From Octopus bimaculoides (Eukaryota): 64,000 nt of DNA. Positions 13,110-24,899 of the stretch are shown here, piece after piece. Location of the stretch: positions 29,368,699 to 29,432,698 of the forward strand of contig NC_068998.1 of assembly GCF_001194135.2 (NCBI RefSeq), given 5' to 3'. Within the stretch, counting starts at the first letter, position 1; each line of letters opens with the position of its first letter. Under the pieces are notes generated by a model. That model saw only the letters and a program-made list of their open reading frames with translations. It was not told the DNA's origin and made no database searches. The position numbers were made by a program, and so were the translations under genes.

Positions 13110-13137
13110 TGCGCATGCGTAGTCTTACGCATGCGTA
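13110..13137. promoter_or_regulatory. Paired NRF1/Ewg-like GCGCATGCG sites in a CpG-rich patch
   Basis: TGCGCATGCGT at 13110-13120 and the palindrome TACGCATGCGTA at 13126-13137. Motif match only. Confidence 0.35.
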
Positions 13138-13798
13138 GAATTAAACAAGCAAGCGTTTCCCGCTCAATTCATTCTCTTTCTCGCTGGCCAGCGATTGAGC
13201 ATGGACGTGTGTTTAAAGCTGTCTCTACATCTTTCGGTTTTATACTCGACAGCTCGTTATTCTCACCTCTAAAGATGTATAACTAAAGATATGTATGTTT
13301 TACCAAGTAAATAAATGTTGTTTAAGTTGTTTAGTCTGGAGTTCAGCGTTCCGTCTATTTCTTTAATTTTATAGTAGAAACTCAGGTATACAATCTAAAG
13401 ATGTATAACCCACTTTCTACTAAAGGACTATGTACATCAACATACGAACATTACGCACAGTCACTACATGGTAGTACCACTTGACATGCCAAATCATATG
13501 TAAATTCTAAATATAAATTAGGAAACATGCAAAAACAAAATATCCCGAAACTATGATGAAAGACTACAAAGGAATAATAATGAAAACACCCACAAATAGT
13601 CAGAAGGGCGGAACACAAGTCCCTCCACAAAATTAAAGTGGTTTTCCTTGATTCCCTCCATCTTGCGAACATGACCATACTCAGAATAGGTAGTATGTGG
13701 CCTGGGGTCACATTGGAAGTAGCTCAACGTATTTAGGTTACCAGATATGGACGTGGTAGCTATTAGCAAGACTGGAATTTCTAAGACACGAGCATTTA

Positions 13799-15051
13799 CG
13801 AGGGGACATCCAAAAGAAACCGGAATTTTGCAACATTATTTTATTCATTTAGTTTTACATGTTTACACTTTTATCGCCTTCTACATATTCTCCATTTGAA
13901 GCGTTTTCTACTGTTCAAAACAGTCCTGGAACTCTTGCGAAGTGATGCTTTTAACGCCTCGGTCGATTTTTTCTTCACCTCTTCCACATCTGCAAAACGT
14001 TTCTCTTTTAAAGACTTTTCTCCTCCGGGGGAACAGAAAAAATTCGCAAGGAGCAAGATTGGGTGAATAGGGAGGGTGAGTAAACAGGGTCATGCCATTT
14101 TTTGCAAAAACTGTCCCACACTCAAGGTGGTGTGCGCAGACGCATTGTCGTAATGGTACCACCACTCTCCACTTTTCCACAGGTCGGCGCGTTTTCGCCT
14201 CATCGCGTGTCTCGCAAGCGCTTCAAAACTGCCAAATAAAATATCCGGTTAACAGTTTGATCAGGAGGAACAAATTTTGTGTAGACACTTCCTTTCGCAT
14301 CGATGAAACAAATCAGCATCGTCTTGACATTGGAAATCACCTGACGCACATTTTGGGGGTGTGGTGACATTCAGTGCTTCCATTGACTTGATTCCTGCAT
14401 CGCTTCCGGGTCGTAGCCGTAGCACCAACTTTTGTCACCAGTGATGACCTTCGGGAAAAGATTCGGATCAATTCCAACCGTTTTTTCAGTTTACGACACA
14501 CTTTCAGTCGTGATTGCTTTTGATCTTCCGTGAGCAAACGTAGCACATATTTTGCTGAAACTCTTTTCATTCGCAATTCCTCGCTCAGGAGCTCCAGGAT
14601 ACACTAGTCATATCAAAAAGTTCGCCCTCCAAGATCAGTTCATGAATTTTCGGGAGGTCGACGGCCGCCCAGAACAAGGTTGCTCTTCAAGCGACAAGTG
14701 ACTATTCTTAAAGCGTGAAAACCACTCGTAAATTTGTGTTTTGCTCATGGTAGCGTCCTTGTAAGTTGCTGGAAGCATGAGAACTGTCTTGGCCGCTGTT
14801 TTCCCCTGCAGTAAACAGAATTTCACGGAAGCACGCCGTTCCTTCGTTTCGGCCATCGCAAAAATCGACGAACAAGGGAGAAGCACTGAAAAACAAAGTC
14901 GCACCACGTAGCAGTACGACTCCACCCGACAACGCCGGTTGACAGACTGATTCCCGAGGGCTGCATCAAGTAGCTTCTAGCATTGGAAGCCTGAACTACA
15001 ACGGGCTTTTCCTACAGAGAACGTTTCCGGTTACTTTGGGGTATTCTTTCG
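13799..15051 (-). mobile_element. Mariner (DD34D-type) transposon, near full length, decayed
   Basis: TA flanks and imperfect TIRs (CGAGGGGACATCCAAAAGAAACCGGAA vs reverse complement CGAAAGAATACCCCAAAGTAACCGGAA). Transposase motifs: HTH EWFSRFK..PCSGRPST, TGDESW and HPPYSPNLAPCEFFLFP. Confidence 0.9.
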
Positions 15052-15053
15052 TA

Positions 15054-15560
15054 TGTCTATTTTCGACGACTACGAGATAGACGCATATACAACTCTGCTT
15101 GGAATGGGTGGCGGAGTACCTTTCTTGCTTTGAAGAGGGCAGAATCTTGGAATACGGGCCATTTTCCTGGACCAGATTAGTAAGTCTTTGGTGCTGGACG
15201 CAACCTTTCACCTAGTTACGCATATGCACCTCAATATTGTGCCTCAACTGATTTGTTCATCACATCTGTGCCCGCTCAGCTCTTTTCCCGACTCGATCCA
15301 CGTCGAATGTTCACATGCTCTCTGCACCCTTGTTAGACATAACTTCCCTCTGTTAGACCCCTGTTTGGTCACGTAATAAATAGAGAAAGTTACCTGTCTC
15401 GTGCAACACGCCAGCATGCTGCGCTGTCGTTCTTGCTAGCCTCAGCAATTAACCACGACAACAGCGCCAGACACATTTGACTTCTGAAAAACCTTCAAGG
15501 TATTTCACACAATGCAATCCTGCAGGAAGATCTGCGACATCATGGATTGAGAATACACTC
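15054..15560 (-). mobile_element. L1/Tx1-like ORF2 C-terminal remnant
   Basis: By-eye similarity to the C-terminal region of the 5620-10712 element; heavily decayed. Confidence 0.4.
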
Positions 15561-15612
15561 ACTCGCTCCTCTGGGCTTATTTTATTGTGAATTTTGATAA
15601 GTGCCCTGCTCT

Positions 15613-15643
15613 CGCGCGCGCGCTCTCAAGCGCGCGCGCGCGC
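15613..15643. repeat. Two (CG)n runs
   Basis: CGCGCGCGCGC (15613-15623) and GCGCGCGCGCGCGC (15630-15643). Confidence 0.95.
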
Positions 15644-15696
15644 TAACTCATTCCTGCACTGCCCAGTCACTGATTGCACGTTTTTGCTCACAAAGC

Positions 15697-15736
15697 GACA
15701 ATGTTCTGTTCGGACCTATCCGAACAGAACATTGTC
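15697..15736. repeat. Perfect 18-bp inverted repeat with 4-nt loop
   Basis: GACAATGTTCTGTTCGGA-CCTA-TCCGAACAGAACATTGTC. Confidence 0.95.
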
Positions 15737-16639
15737 CAATATACACTTCAATGATCCTCTCTCCTGATATGCGAAGTTTTTCCTCATCTATGCATTTCTT
15801 TCTCTTCCTAGATCGTTCGTTTCTTTTTCCTAGAAACTCTCTGCAGGTAAGTGATGTTGAGCATAGAGTAGATTCGAACCTAAATTGGCAAATTTCCCCT
15901 AACATTTTAACAGTTTTTTTCTCACAGAGAAACGAGAGTTGATAGGGGTTATATTCAACACATGGCTTTGCCAAGTCAATATATGTCTCTTCCACTTAAA
16001 CTTTTAACCTCTTCTATACCATGAAAAGTTGAAATAGATAAGGAGCGACCTACATTAATTTAGCCATTGTTTAAACGATTTTTCTGACTGTAAAAGGAGA
16101 TAAATAAAAGTTGGTGAAATGCAGACGCCAGAAACGACCAGAGACGACCACAGGCAGACAGCCACTGGAAGCTAACGGTCAAACAATCGGCCGCTATGAT
16201 ACAACTTATCGCTGCTCTCTCTCACTTTCACTGGTTCATCTTTCTTTACTAACAAACATCATTCTCTATACCTTTTTCCTACTACTACAATGACAAGAGT
16301 ATTATGCACACTCTTACAAGGAAAAATTAACTCTCAATTATATTATACACGCCAGCCCGTCGTGGTTCGGCTATACATAAAGTAACGGCAAATAAAATTT
16401 GGAGTCAACATCAACTTCGACCACTGTGCTTCTTTCATCTTCTTCAACGTCACACCGTTACATTTTGGTAACGACTACGTTACACTTGGCTTCCCGATCT
16501 AAGGATTCATCCACCGTTACAGTTGATGCTCTCCCACGTTTAACTCAGTTTCAGATGGTAACCGCTGACTCTAAGATTCATCGTTACATTTCCAACTGTT
16601 TGACAGGTACTGACTGGATTTTCTGAATGAGTCAATGTG

Positions 16640-17570
16640 CACGGGCTGCAACTCGCCTGGTTTGGGTGATCTTACCTAGGAGCTTTCTTTCTATATGCCA
16701 GAATTGTTTGAAGAGCTCTTGGTAGATAGCTACCGCCCCTAGCAGCAGAATGAGATAATTCCCAGTTCTGTGAGTCGAAGATCGACAGAACTGCTGTGTG
16801 GCCCAAACTAGAAGGATCACATTGCTAATTTTCGGCCATAACTCCGTTAAACGCAGATTTCAAAATTGTGGACAAGATGTTAGCAAAGAGGTTGGCGCTT
16901 GTTGTTGTTAATCTGATTGCTGATGGACAAACATGCACCATCCCAAACAGATTTATCTATGACATCCTGAACCTTATGTGATACATCATAGTGAGGGTGG
17001 GTAAAGAATAAATGAGACCTTGATCAATTTAGATCAATCAAAAGTTTTCGATAGGGTCGACCACAAATACTTAACGTCTGTCCGCATGGTAGCCTATCTT
17101 GGGCCCGTTTTCCGCTGCTGGATCGCCGTAATGTACAGTGACATCTGCTCAGTGGTTAGGGTGAATGATCCCCAATCAGAACCATTCAGTATCATGCGCT
17201 TGGTCCGCCAATGTTGTCCCCTCTCGTATATTCTCTACTGCAAATGTTGAAGGGCATTCCGCTCGAATTAAGATACATTAAAAACTGTCAGTTCATGCAG
17301 ACGACGTCACCATCATAGTGTCGACACCAGACAAATCGAGGTGATTGGTATCGTTCTAAGCGATCACCCAAAAAAAGTCAGTGGGCCTGCACCTCAGCAT
17401 GTAGAATGATCCAAGTTGTTAACAACATCGTAGAGTGCTGCGCAGACCGGTTAAGTTGCTTAGGTTTGGTTTGGTCCAGATTTCCAAATAGAGAAAAAGT
17501 GAGACAAGGTGACGAGTAGAGTTGCCAGTTTCACCTAGAAATGAGCCGAAATAAAGCTATCCTTGCAAGC
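16640..17570 (+). mobile_element. Second L1/Tx1-type RT fragment, related to the 5620-10712 family
   Basis: INLDQSKVFDRVDH..VRQCCPLSYILY and ADDVTIIV; many stops and frameshifts. Confidence 0.8.
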
Positions 17571-18244
17571 TGGAAGAAACGGTAAATTTTGATACGTCCA
17601 CACGCACGATTTTCATGAAGAAAGAAAACTCTCGGATTTCTTGCGTGGAATCAAGTACCCTGACCTAATATGCTGCAAACCCCTTATTTTTGTTCAGAAA
17701 AGGTGGGGAACGNNNNNNNNNNNNNNNNNNNNNNNNNNNNNNNNNNNNNNNNNNNNNNNNNNNNNNNNNNNNNNNNNNNNNNNNNNNNNNNNNNNNNNNN
17801 NNNNNNNNNNNNNNNNNNNNNNNNNNNNNNNNNNNNNNNNNNNNNNNNNNNNNNNNNNNNNNNNNNNNNNNNNNNNNNNNNNNNNNNNNNNNNNNNNNNN
17901 NNNNNNNNNNNNNNNNNNNNNNNNNNNNNNNNNNNNNNNNNNNNNNNNNNNNNNNNNNNNNNNNNNNNNNNNNNNNNNNNNNNNNNNNNNNNNNNNNNNN
18001 NNNNNNNNNNNNNNNNNNNNNNNNNNNNNNNNNNNNNNNNNNNNNNNNNNNNNNNNNNNNNNNNNNNNNNNNNNNNNNNNNNNNNNNNNNNNNNNNNNNN
18101 NNNNNNNNNNNNNNNNNNNNNNNNNNNNNNNNNNNNNNNNNNNNNNNNNNNNNNNNNNNNNNNNNNNNNNNNNNNNNNNNNNNNNNNNNNNNNNNNNNNN
18201 NNNNNNNNNNNNNNNNNNNNNNNNNNNNNNNNNNNNNNNNNNNN

Positions 18245-18475
18245 GGGTGCTTTTTACGTGCCACCAGCATGAGGGCTGATCAGGCGGTACTGGCATCGAC
18301 CACGCCCGAATAGTGCTTTAAAAAGCACCCACTACACTCTCGGAGTGGATGGCGTTAGGAAGGGCATCCAGCTTGCAAGAACAGATTGGAGCCTGGTGCA
18401 GCTTCCTGGCTTGTCAGTCCTCAGTCAAACCGCCCAACCCATGCCAGCATGGAAAGCAGACGTTAAACGATGATA
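18245..18475 (+). mobile_element. RTE 3' UTR/tail fragment
   Basis: AAAAGCACCCACTACACTC...GCATGGAAAGC.GACGTTAAAC(GAT)n matches 50320-50490 and in part 58170-58335. Confidence 0.8.
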
Positions 18476-20300
18476 TATAATATATTGCCATACCATTGAA
18501 ACTTTAGGTAAATTTTGTCACTCACTTTCTTTCTCTCCTTCCCTCTCTCTCTACACACAAAAATGAAATCTATTCTGCAATCTGGGATTATTATATCTTA
18601 TATATATTATATCCAGTAATTCTAACAGGTATGAAAAAGATATTTTTGTTTTAATATTATACTTTTACTTGTTTCATACACATACACAAACTAACGTGTT
18701 TTTTTGTTTTTTTTTAGATTAATTATTTATCATTCTTTATCTCTCCACTGACTTCGATACCACTCTAACTTCTATAACCTCTGCATTTTCATTTATTCAT
18801 TTCAAACTTCTTTGAATTTTCAATCTAATGTAATCCACACTCTCGAAGAAGACGTATTTCTTCAAAATGTTATCTAAAAATATGGGTAAAGAAATAAACA
18901 ACAAAAAATATTTGAAAATTGGTGGTGGTGGTGGTGGGGCTGAAATTTCCGAGACTTCCACCGCACCCCACCCCATTTTCNNNNNNNNNNNNNNNNNNNN
19001 NNNNNNNNNNNNNNNNNNNNNNNNNNNNNNNNNNNNNNNNNNNNNNNNNNNNNNNNNNNNNNNNNNNNNNNNNNNNNNNNNNNNNNNNNNNNNNNNNNNN
19101 NNNNNNNNNNNNNNNNNNNNNNNNNNNNNNNNNNNNNNNNNNNNNNNNNNNNNNNNNNNNNNNNNNNNNNNNNNNNNNNNNNNNNNNNNNNNNNNNNNNN
19201 NNNNNNNNNNNNNNNNNNNNNNNNNNNNNNNNNNNNNNNNNNNNNNNNNNNNNNNNNNNNNNNNNNNNNNNNNNNNNNNNNNNNNNNNNNNNNNNNNNNN
19301 NNNNNNNNNNNNNNNNNNNNNNNNNNNNNNNNNNNNNNNNNNNNNNNNNNNNNNNNNNNNNNNNNNNNNNNNNNNNNNNNNNNNNNNNNNNNNNNNNNNN
19401 NNNNNNNNNNNNNNNNNNNNNNNNNNNNNNNNNNNNNNNNNNNNNNNNNNNNNNNNNNNNNNNNNNNNNNNNNNNNNNNNNNNNNNNNNNNNNNNNNNNN
19501 NNNNNNNNNNNNNNNNNNNNNNNNNNNNNNNNNNNNNNNNNNNNNNNNNNNNNNNNNNNNNNNNNNNNNNNNNNNNNNNNNNNNNNNNNNNNNNNNNNNN
19601 NNNNNNNNNNNNNNNNNNNNNNNNNNNNNNNNNNNNNNNNNNNNNNNNNNNNNNNNNNNNNNNNNNNNNNNNNNNNNNNNNNNNNNNNNNNNNNNNNNNN
19701 NNNNNNNNNNNNNNNNNNNNNNNNNNNNNNNNNNNNNNNNNNNNNNNNNNNNNNNNNNNNNNNNNNNNNNNNNNNNNNNNNNNNNNNNNNNNNNNNNNNN
19801 NNNNNNNNNNNNNNNNNNNNNNNNNNNNNNNNNNNNNNNNNNNNNNNNNNNNNNNNNNNNNNNNNNNNNNNNNNNNNNNNNNNNNNNNNNNNNNNNNNNN
19901 NNNNNNNNNNNNNNNNNNNNNNNNNNTATTAATATTTTGTTACTGTAAATAGGCAATACCAAATTATGTCCAGCAATAAATATTAAAGTTAAAGCCTGTG
20001 AGTTTGCTTTAGTTAGTGAGCACGCAGCTTTCCTCCAGATACGATCTCCGCGACACGAGCAGCACGCCGCACAGCCATATTGAAATGAGATCGTTTGTTT
20101 ATTTTCGCACACTTTCTAGCCTCTGCACCGCGAAGGAGTACACTCAAGGCCTAAGATTCCTTGCTTGAGCATAATTGCCGTCCGCCACAATCGTAGATGC
20201 CACGGTTGCATGCAGAGTTGTCTACGAGTAGGCTAAACGTGCGCTCGGAGACTGTGATAAATCTGCTGACATTCTAAACATTGTTTGAATTTGTCTTTAG

Positions 20301-20449
20301 AGATCAACCTGTTCAAGTCGGAGGTGACAAACGTGAGCTATGGTGAAGCTGAATTTCAGGACGTCGTACTCAGCATCCAGACCGTCTTGGCGGGGGCTCG
20401 GCTGACACCAAGGAATGTTGTCTGCATTCTTGGCTTCCCAATCCTCCCT
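20301..20449 (+). CDS. Candidate internal coding exon of an unidentified gene
   Basis: TTTGTCTTTAG| acceptor and |GTAAGG donor. The only open + frame is (E)INLFKSEVTNVSYGEAEFQDVVLSIQTVLAGARLTPRNVVCILGFPILP, with GC3-rich codons. The in-register antisense frame is also open. Confidence 0.45.
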
Positions 20450-21419
20450 GTAAGGAACGACCGTGTGAACTCAAAAAAGGTGAAATGGTGACGAATGGAA
20501 AAACAGAGGACTCCTTTTATTTAATCGTGTCACACGGTCGAACACAACATATATATCAAATGATGATATACATGATATGTTATACGACGATAACATAGAT
20601 GACCAGTAATGAAAGACCACAACCGTATTAGATGAATAACAGAGATATTTATTATGGCGTTAGAATGTATGTCTGTGTGAGAGTGTGAATGCGACATATA
20701 AGAACATAATCAAAGACAGGCCGTCGTACAAAGAAAAGTATGTATGTGAGTGATACATGTGTGTGTATGTGAGTTNNNNNNNNNNNNNNNNNNNNNNNNN
20801 NNNNNNNNNNNNNNNNNNNNNNNNNNNNNNNNNNNNNNNNNNNNNNNNNNNNNNNNNNNNNNNNNNNNNNNNNNNNNNNNNNNNNNNNNNNNNNNNNNNN
20901 NNNNNNNNNNNNNNNNNNNNNNNNNNNNNNNNNNNNNNNNNNNNNNNNNNNNNNNNNNNNNNNNNNNNNNNNNNNNNNNNNNNNNNNNNNNNNNNNNNNN
21001 NNNNNNNNNNNNNNNNNNNNNNNNNNNNNNNNNNNNNNNNNNNNNNNNNNNNNNNNNNNNNNNNNNNNNNNNNNNNNNNNNNNNNNNNNNNNNNNNNNNN
21101 NNNNNNNNNNNNNNNNNNNNNNNNNNNNNNNNNNNNNNNNNNNNNNNNNNNNNNNNNNNNNNNNNNNNNNNNNNNNNNNNNNNNNNNNNNNNNNNNNNNN
21201 NNNNNNNNNNNNNNNNNNNNNNNNNNNNNNNNNNNNNNNNNNNNNNNNNNNNNNNNNNNNNNNNNNNNNNNNNNNNNNNNNNNNNNNNNNNNNNNNNNNN
21301 NNNNNNNNNNNNNNNNNNNNNNNNNNNNNNNNNNNNNNNNNNNNNNNNNNNNNNNNNNNNNNNNNNNNNNNNNNNNNNNNNNNNNNNNNNNNNNNNNNNN
21401 NNNNNNNNNNNNNNNNNNN

Positions 21420-21484
21420 TGCTGCTGTCGTGTGGTACACGGAACAGATCTCAAAGAGAAACTGGACCGAGACCAATTTGTTGG
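21420..21484 (+). CDS. Candidate exon 3' part (start hidden in N gap)
   Basis: GG|GTATGA donor. Open frames AAVVWYTEQISKRNWTETNLL or CCCRVVHGTDLKEKLDRDQFVG; the phase cannot be resolved. Confidence 0.35.
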
Positions 21485-21546
21485 GTATGAGTTAAATCTA
21501 TTTATAACAAACTATCGGCTCCCGAAGGCTTCAGTTTAATACTCTA

Positions 21547-21760
21547 TCACGTGACCTTATTAGGGGCTGTGATTGGTCAGTTTGCGTTCTGGCGGGAACG
21601 GTTCGAAGAAGTTGCCGATTCGAATAATGATCAGTCACGTGATGACAAGGTTAATGTTTTCCGCTACGTTCGCGTTTGTTTATATTTAAATGAGAAGAAT
21701 GGCGATAGCAGTTTTGTATCTAATGGCGATAGGTAGTTTTGTATGTAATGGCGATCGAGG
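21547..21760. promoter_or_regulatory. Promoter-like motif cluster (2 E-boxes, CCAAT, E2F-like, 3 x AATGGCG)
   Basis: TCACGTGAC 21547-21555, ATTGG 21572-21576, TGGCGGGA 21590-21597, GTCACGTGAT 21634-21643, and a ~24-bp tandem unit carrying AATGGCGAT at about 21698-21756. Confidence 0.45.
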
Positions 21761-21769
21761 TGTTAGTTT

Positions 21770-22900
21770 CACTACATCCCGATAGCCATAACGGAGTACC
21801 TGGAGACCAAGATTACTGGCTTATCCTGGATGACTGAGAGACTGCACCTCATTAACGCGCACCCGGCATCTTCCTCTTGAGGAAATGTTTTGCTCTGCCT
21901 AAGCTTGTTTTCTCACTATTCAATGTACCATGTCACTCTCTCATAAACCGTGTCAGTAATATCAATGGCACTGTGCTGAACTGATCTGCAATATCAGTTT
22001 TGACAGTGCCGGCTGGCAACATGGTACACTGCCTGTTAGATTCGGTGGTCTTGGTCTCCCTTCCGCATTAGACTTATCTTTTCTCGGTCTCCTCCAGCCG
22101 CATCCTCATCGGCGAGAGGCCTTGCCATCCCCCAGAACACGGATGTCCAACGTAACTTGGATGACATCAGATGCAAGTCTATTTTCAAGTGGATTGAGAC
22201 ATCACTAAACCAGCACCGCATCACAGCCAAACAGCGGCGCATGGCTCAATTCGGTGCCTTCCTCATCTATTGGTACCTTTCAGGATGATAAATGCACCTG
22301 TATTGGAGTGGCCCAATGTCTCGGTCTCTGCGTGTTTGAGTTTCACAAATACCGTTGTGGAGCTGTAGTCAATGAATTCAGCCAGCATCCATCATCCTGC
22401 GGTCTTAACGCCGATCGATTCTCACGACACGCCGCTCTCAATGACATAATTAGAAGGGGCCTAGAGGCGGCTGGCTTCCCGTTTTAACTGGAGCCAGTAA
22501 GTCTTAACCGCGGAGACGGTAAGCGCCCCGATAGAATAACCTTCTTCCCATTCGAGGGAGGCACGTTATCCGGCTCCATCCTCACTTCATCGGCTGCAAA
22601 CCCGAGTATTGCCACTCGTAACACAAAAGAGATAAAAATAAACAAATACAGGAGCCTGACCAGTCGCTATAAGTTTGTGCTGGTCAGCCTCTTGACGTCA
22701 GGTGTTCTCAGACCCCGTACTGCCGATTTCCTTCGCAAAATCGGGATAACAGCGACCCGTCTGAGAAATGAGCCCCTGGAGGTGGAGTGGCTGTTGCAAC
22801 GAGTATCGCTGCCCATTCTCCGCGGTAACGCCATCACGGTCATGACTGCTGAGTGCGGCTGAGCACACCATTTGTTCTAGGTTGGATGATCCATTGCTCC
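21770..22900 (+). mobile_element. CRE-clade non-LTR retrotransposon, 3' part (thumb, CCHC, restriction-like endonuclease)
   Basis: TLPVRFGGLGL, RCGAVV...HPSSC...RHAALNDII, GKRPDRIT and LQRVSLPILRGNA are typical CRE RLE motifs; stops present. Confidence 0.8.
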
Positions 22901-23255
22901 CCTCCTCCTCCATCTTCTGCTGCTTAACTCCCTCTTTTTTCTTTTTTTTTTTGTATTTAAATGTTATAATTTAAAATGTGATCAATTGGTTTAAAATAAA
23001 AATATACTATCACTTATATAAAAAAAAATCAATCAACAGTGAGAAATTGCTAGTGAAAACGTGACGTTATGAGTAAAATCATGAGACTTGGGAAGTCTGA
23101 TATTCATTATATGCAATGACGCACATGCCCTGTACGTCTAACACAATATTAATTTGTTGATTGTGCACATGTAAATACATTGTGGTGGTAAATAAAATAT
23201 TTGGAAACTCAAATGAATCTTAGTGTTGTTATTGTCAACACACGCAACCTAACAG

Positions 23256-23370
23256 CCTACTTGAAAGAACTGCCAGAAAAGAAGATAAGACCTACAACTA
23301 CACAACAAATGTTTTACGACCAAAAGAGCGAAATAGTTCGATGAAACTTCAGTAGAAACTCTGTTATGAT
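23256..23370 (+). CDS. Possible further exon of the 20.3-21.5 kb gene
   Basis: CTAACAG| (weak pyrimidine tract) and |GTAAGT. Phase-compatible continuations are AYLKELPEKKIRP...IVR* or GLLERTARKEDK...LQ*. Confidence 0.2.
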
Positions 23371-23637
23371 GTAAGTGGAACCCAGACTGTCAGTGTAAGG
23401 AATTTTATAACCAAGTTGTGCAAAACAAGGACCTGCTAAAAGAATTTTGTGATTTTTGTTGGTATACAATATTTTTCAGTTCTCTCACATTTTAAATTCG
23501 TCGAATCTTTGAAATAAAGGCAGTTGAGAGAATCTTCACTTTATTCAAAGCTCTGATAACTTTAATTCCGAAGACTCAGAAAATTCTCGATTTTTTTTTT
23601 CAGTAATCCATTGCGCGAATATTATTTCTTATTCATA

Positions 23638-24510
23638 TTAGGTCGTCAAGTATGAAAGTTGTAGTAAGGTATATAATAAACTTTGACAGCTGCTCATTTT
23701 GCGCCATTATTATATTTTGACAATCTTTATATTTTGTTAGAAACTGACACATCCATTTCTTTATTCTAAGACTTTATAAAGTATTTATAAATCGTTTTTT
23801 GTTATTTTTGTTTAGAGATGGATAAACCAGAAATTCGTACAGTTTTGAAATATGAGTTCTTTCTTGGAAATACAGCATCACAGACAGTTCGGAATATTAA
23901 TGGAGTATTTCATTCTAATCTTATTACACAGCAGACAGTATCAAATTGGTTTGCAAAATTTTCTTCTAGTAACTTTGACCTCACAAATGAGCAACGCGGT
24001 CGACTAGAATTAAAGTGGATAATGACGAACTGAAAGCCACCGTTGAATCAGATCCATCTCAAAGTGCCCGTGGATTATTGTTGTTGTTTGGTGTTAGCAA
24101 CTAAACAATTTTGACTCACTTAGTTCAAATCGGTAAGGTGAAGAAGTTGTATAAGTGGGTTCCACATGAACTCAATGAAAATAGCATTGGCGAAACTACA
24201 GGATTTGGAGTTGCAAGTTCTCCATCATCCACCGTACTCACTTGATCTTGTCCCCATTGACTACCACTTCTTCCAGAATTTGGATAACTTTTTGATAGGA
24301 AAGGAATTTAATTCCGATGATGCTGTAAAACATGCTTTCCAAGATTTTATTGACTCTAGATTGCCAGGCTTTTGCAGTTCCAGGCTGGACAAACTACCGC
24401 TGAAATGGCAATATGGGTGCATACCTTGATGAATAAAACTATTCCTTGTGTTTATAAAACATTAGCAAGCTTTTTTTCCTCTTCTACAAATTTCATACTT
24501 GACAACCTAA
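23638..24510 (+). mobile_element. Internally deleted mariner
   Basis: TA flanks and TIRs TTAGGTCGTCAAGTATGAAA / TTTCATACTTGACAACCTAA. The HTH, WVPHELNE and HPPYSLDLVPIDYHFF motifs are kept; the first two catalytic Asp regions are missing. Confidence 0.92.
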
Positions 24511-24899
24511 TAGTTTTCAATTTCTATTCGGAAATGGACAAGGCCGGATTAATCCCTAAGCGCTTAAAAGATTTAGGTGCCCCTATATATATGTAATTAG
24601 GGAAATAATGTTTATTTTTGTATACTTTTTCAATTGCAAAGTCTTTGGTCAGATCCCCAAAATTAATCTTACGTAACACATCTGCTTTTATACTTACTAA
24701 AGATAAAGCTTCCCGATATTATTTTAGCAAGCAAATTTAGAGCGATTATTTTGTGCCGTAAGCCATTTACAATTTCTTTCGTGTCCTTCCCCTTCCCTTA
24801 ATATCATAAGCACGTGCTTATTTTGCTTAATGGTTAATCCCGCACTGGAAACAGGATTATGTACATTGAAAAACTAACAAACTTCATTGTTTAAAGGAA

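Noticed and set aside
21460-21484. Tachykinin-like DQFVG(L..) motif
   Set aside because: The only nearby compatible exon gives FVGLLER, with no Met-Gly amidation/cleavage signal; the reading phase is unknown.
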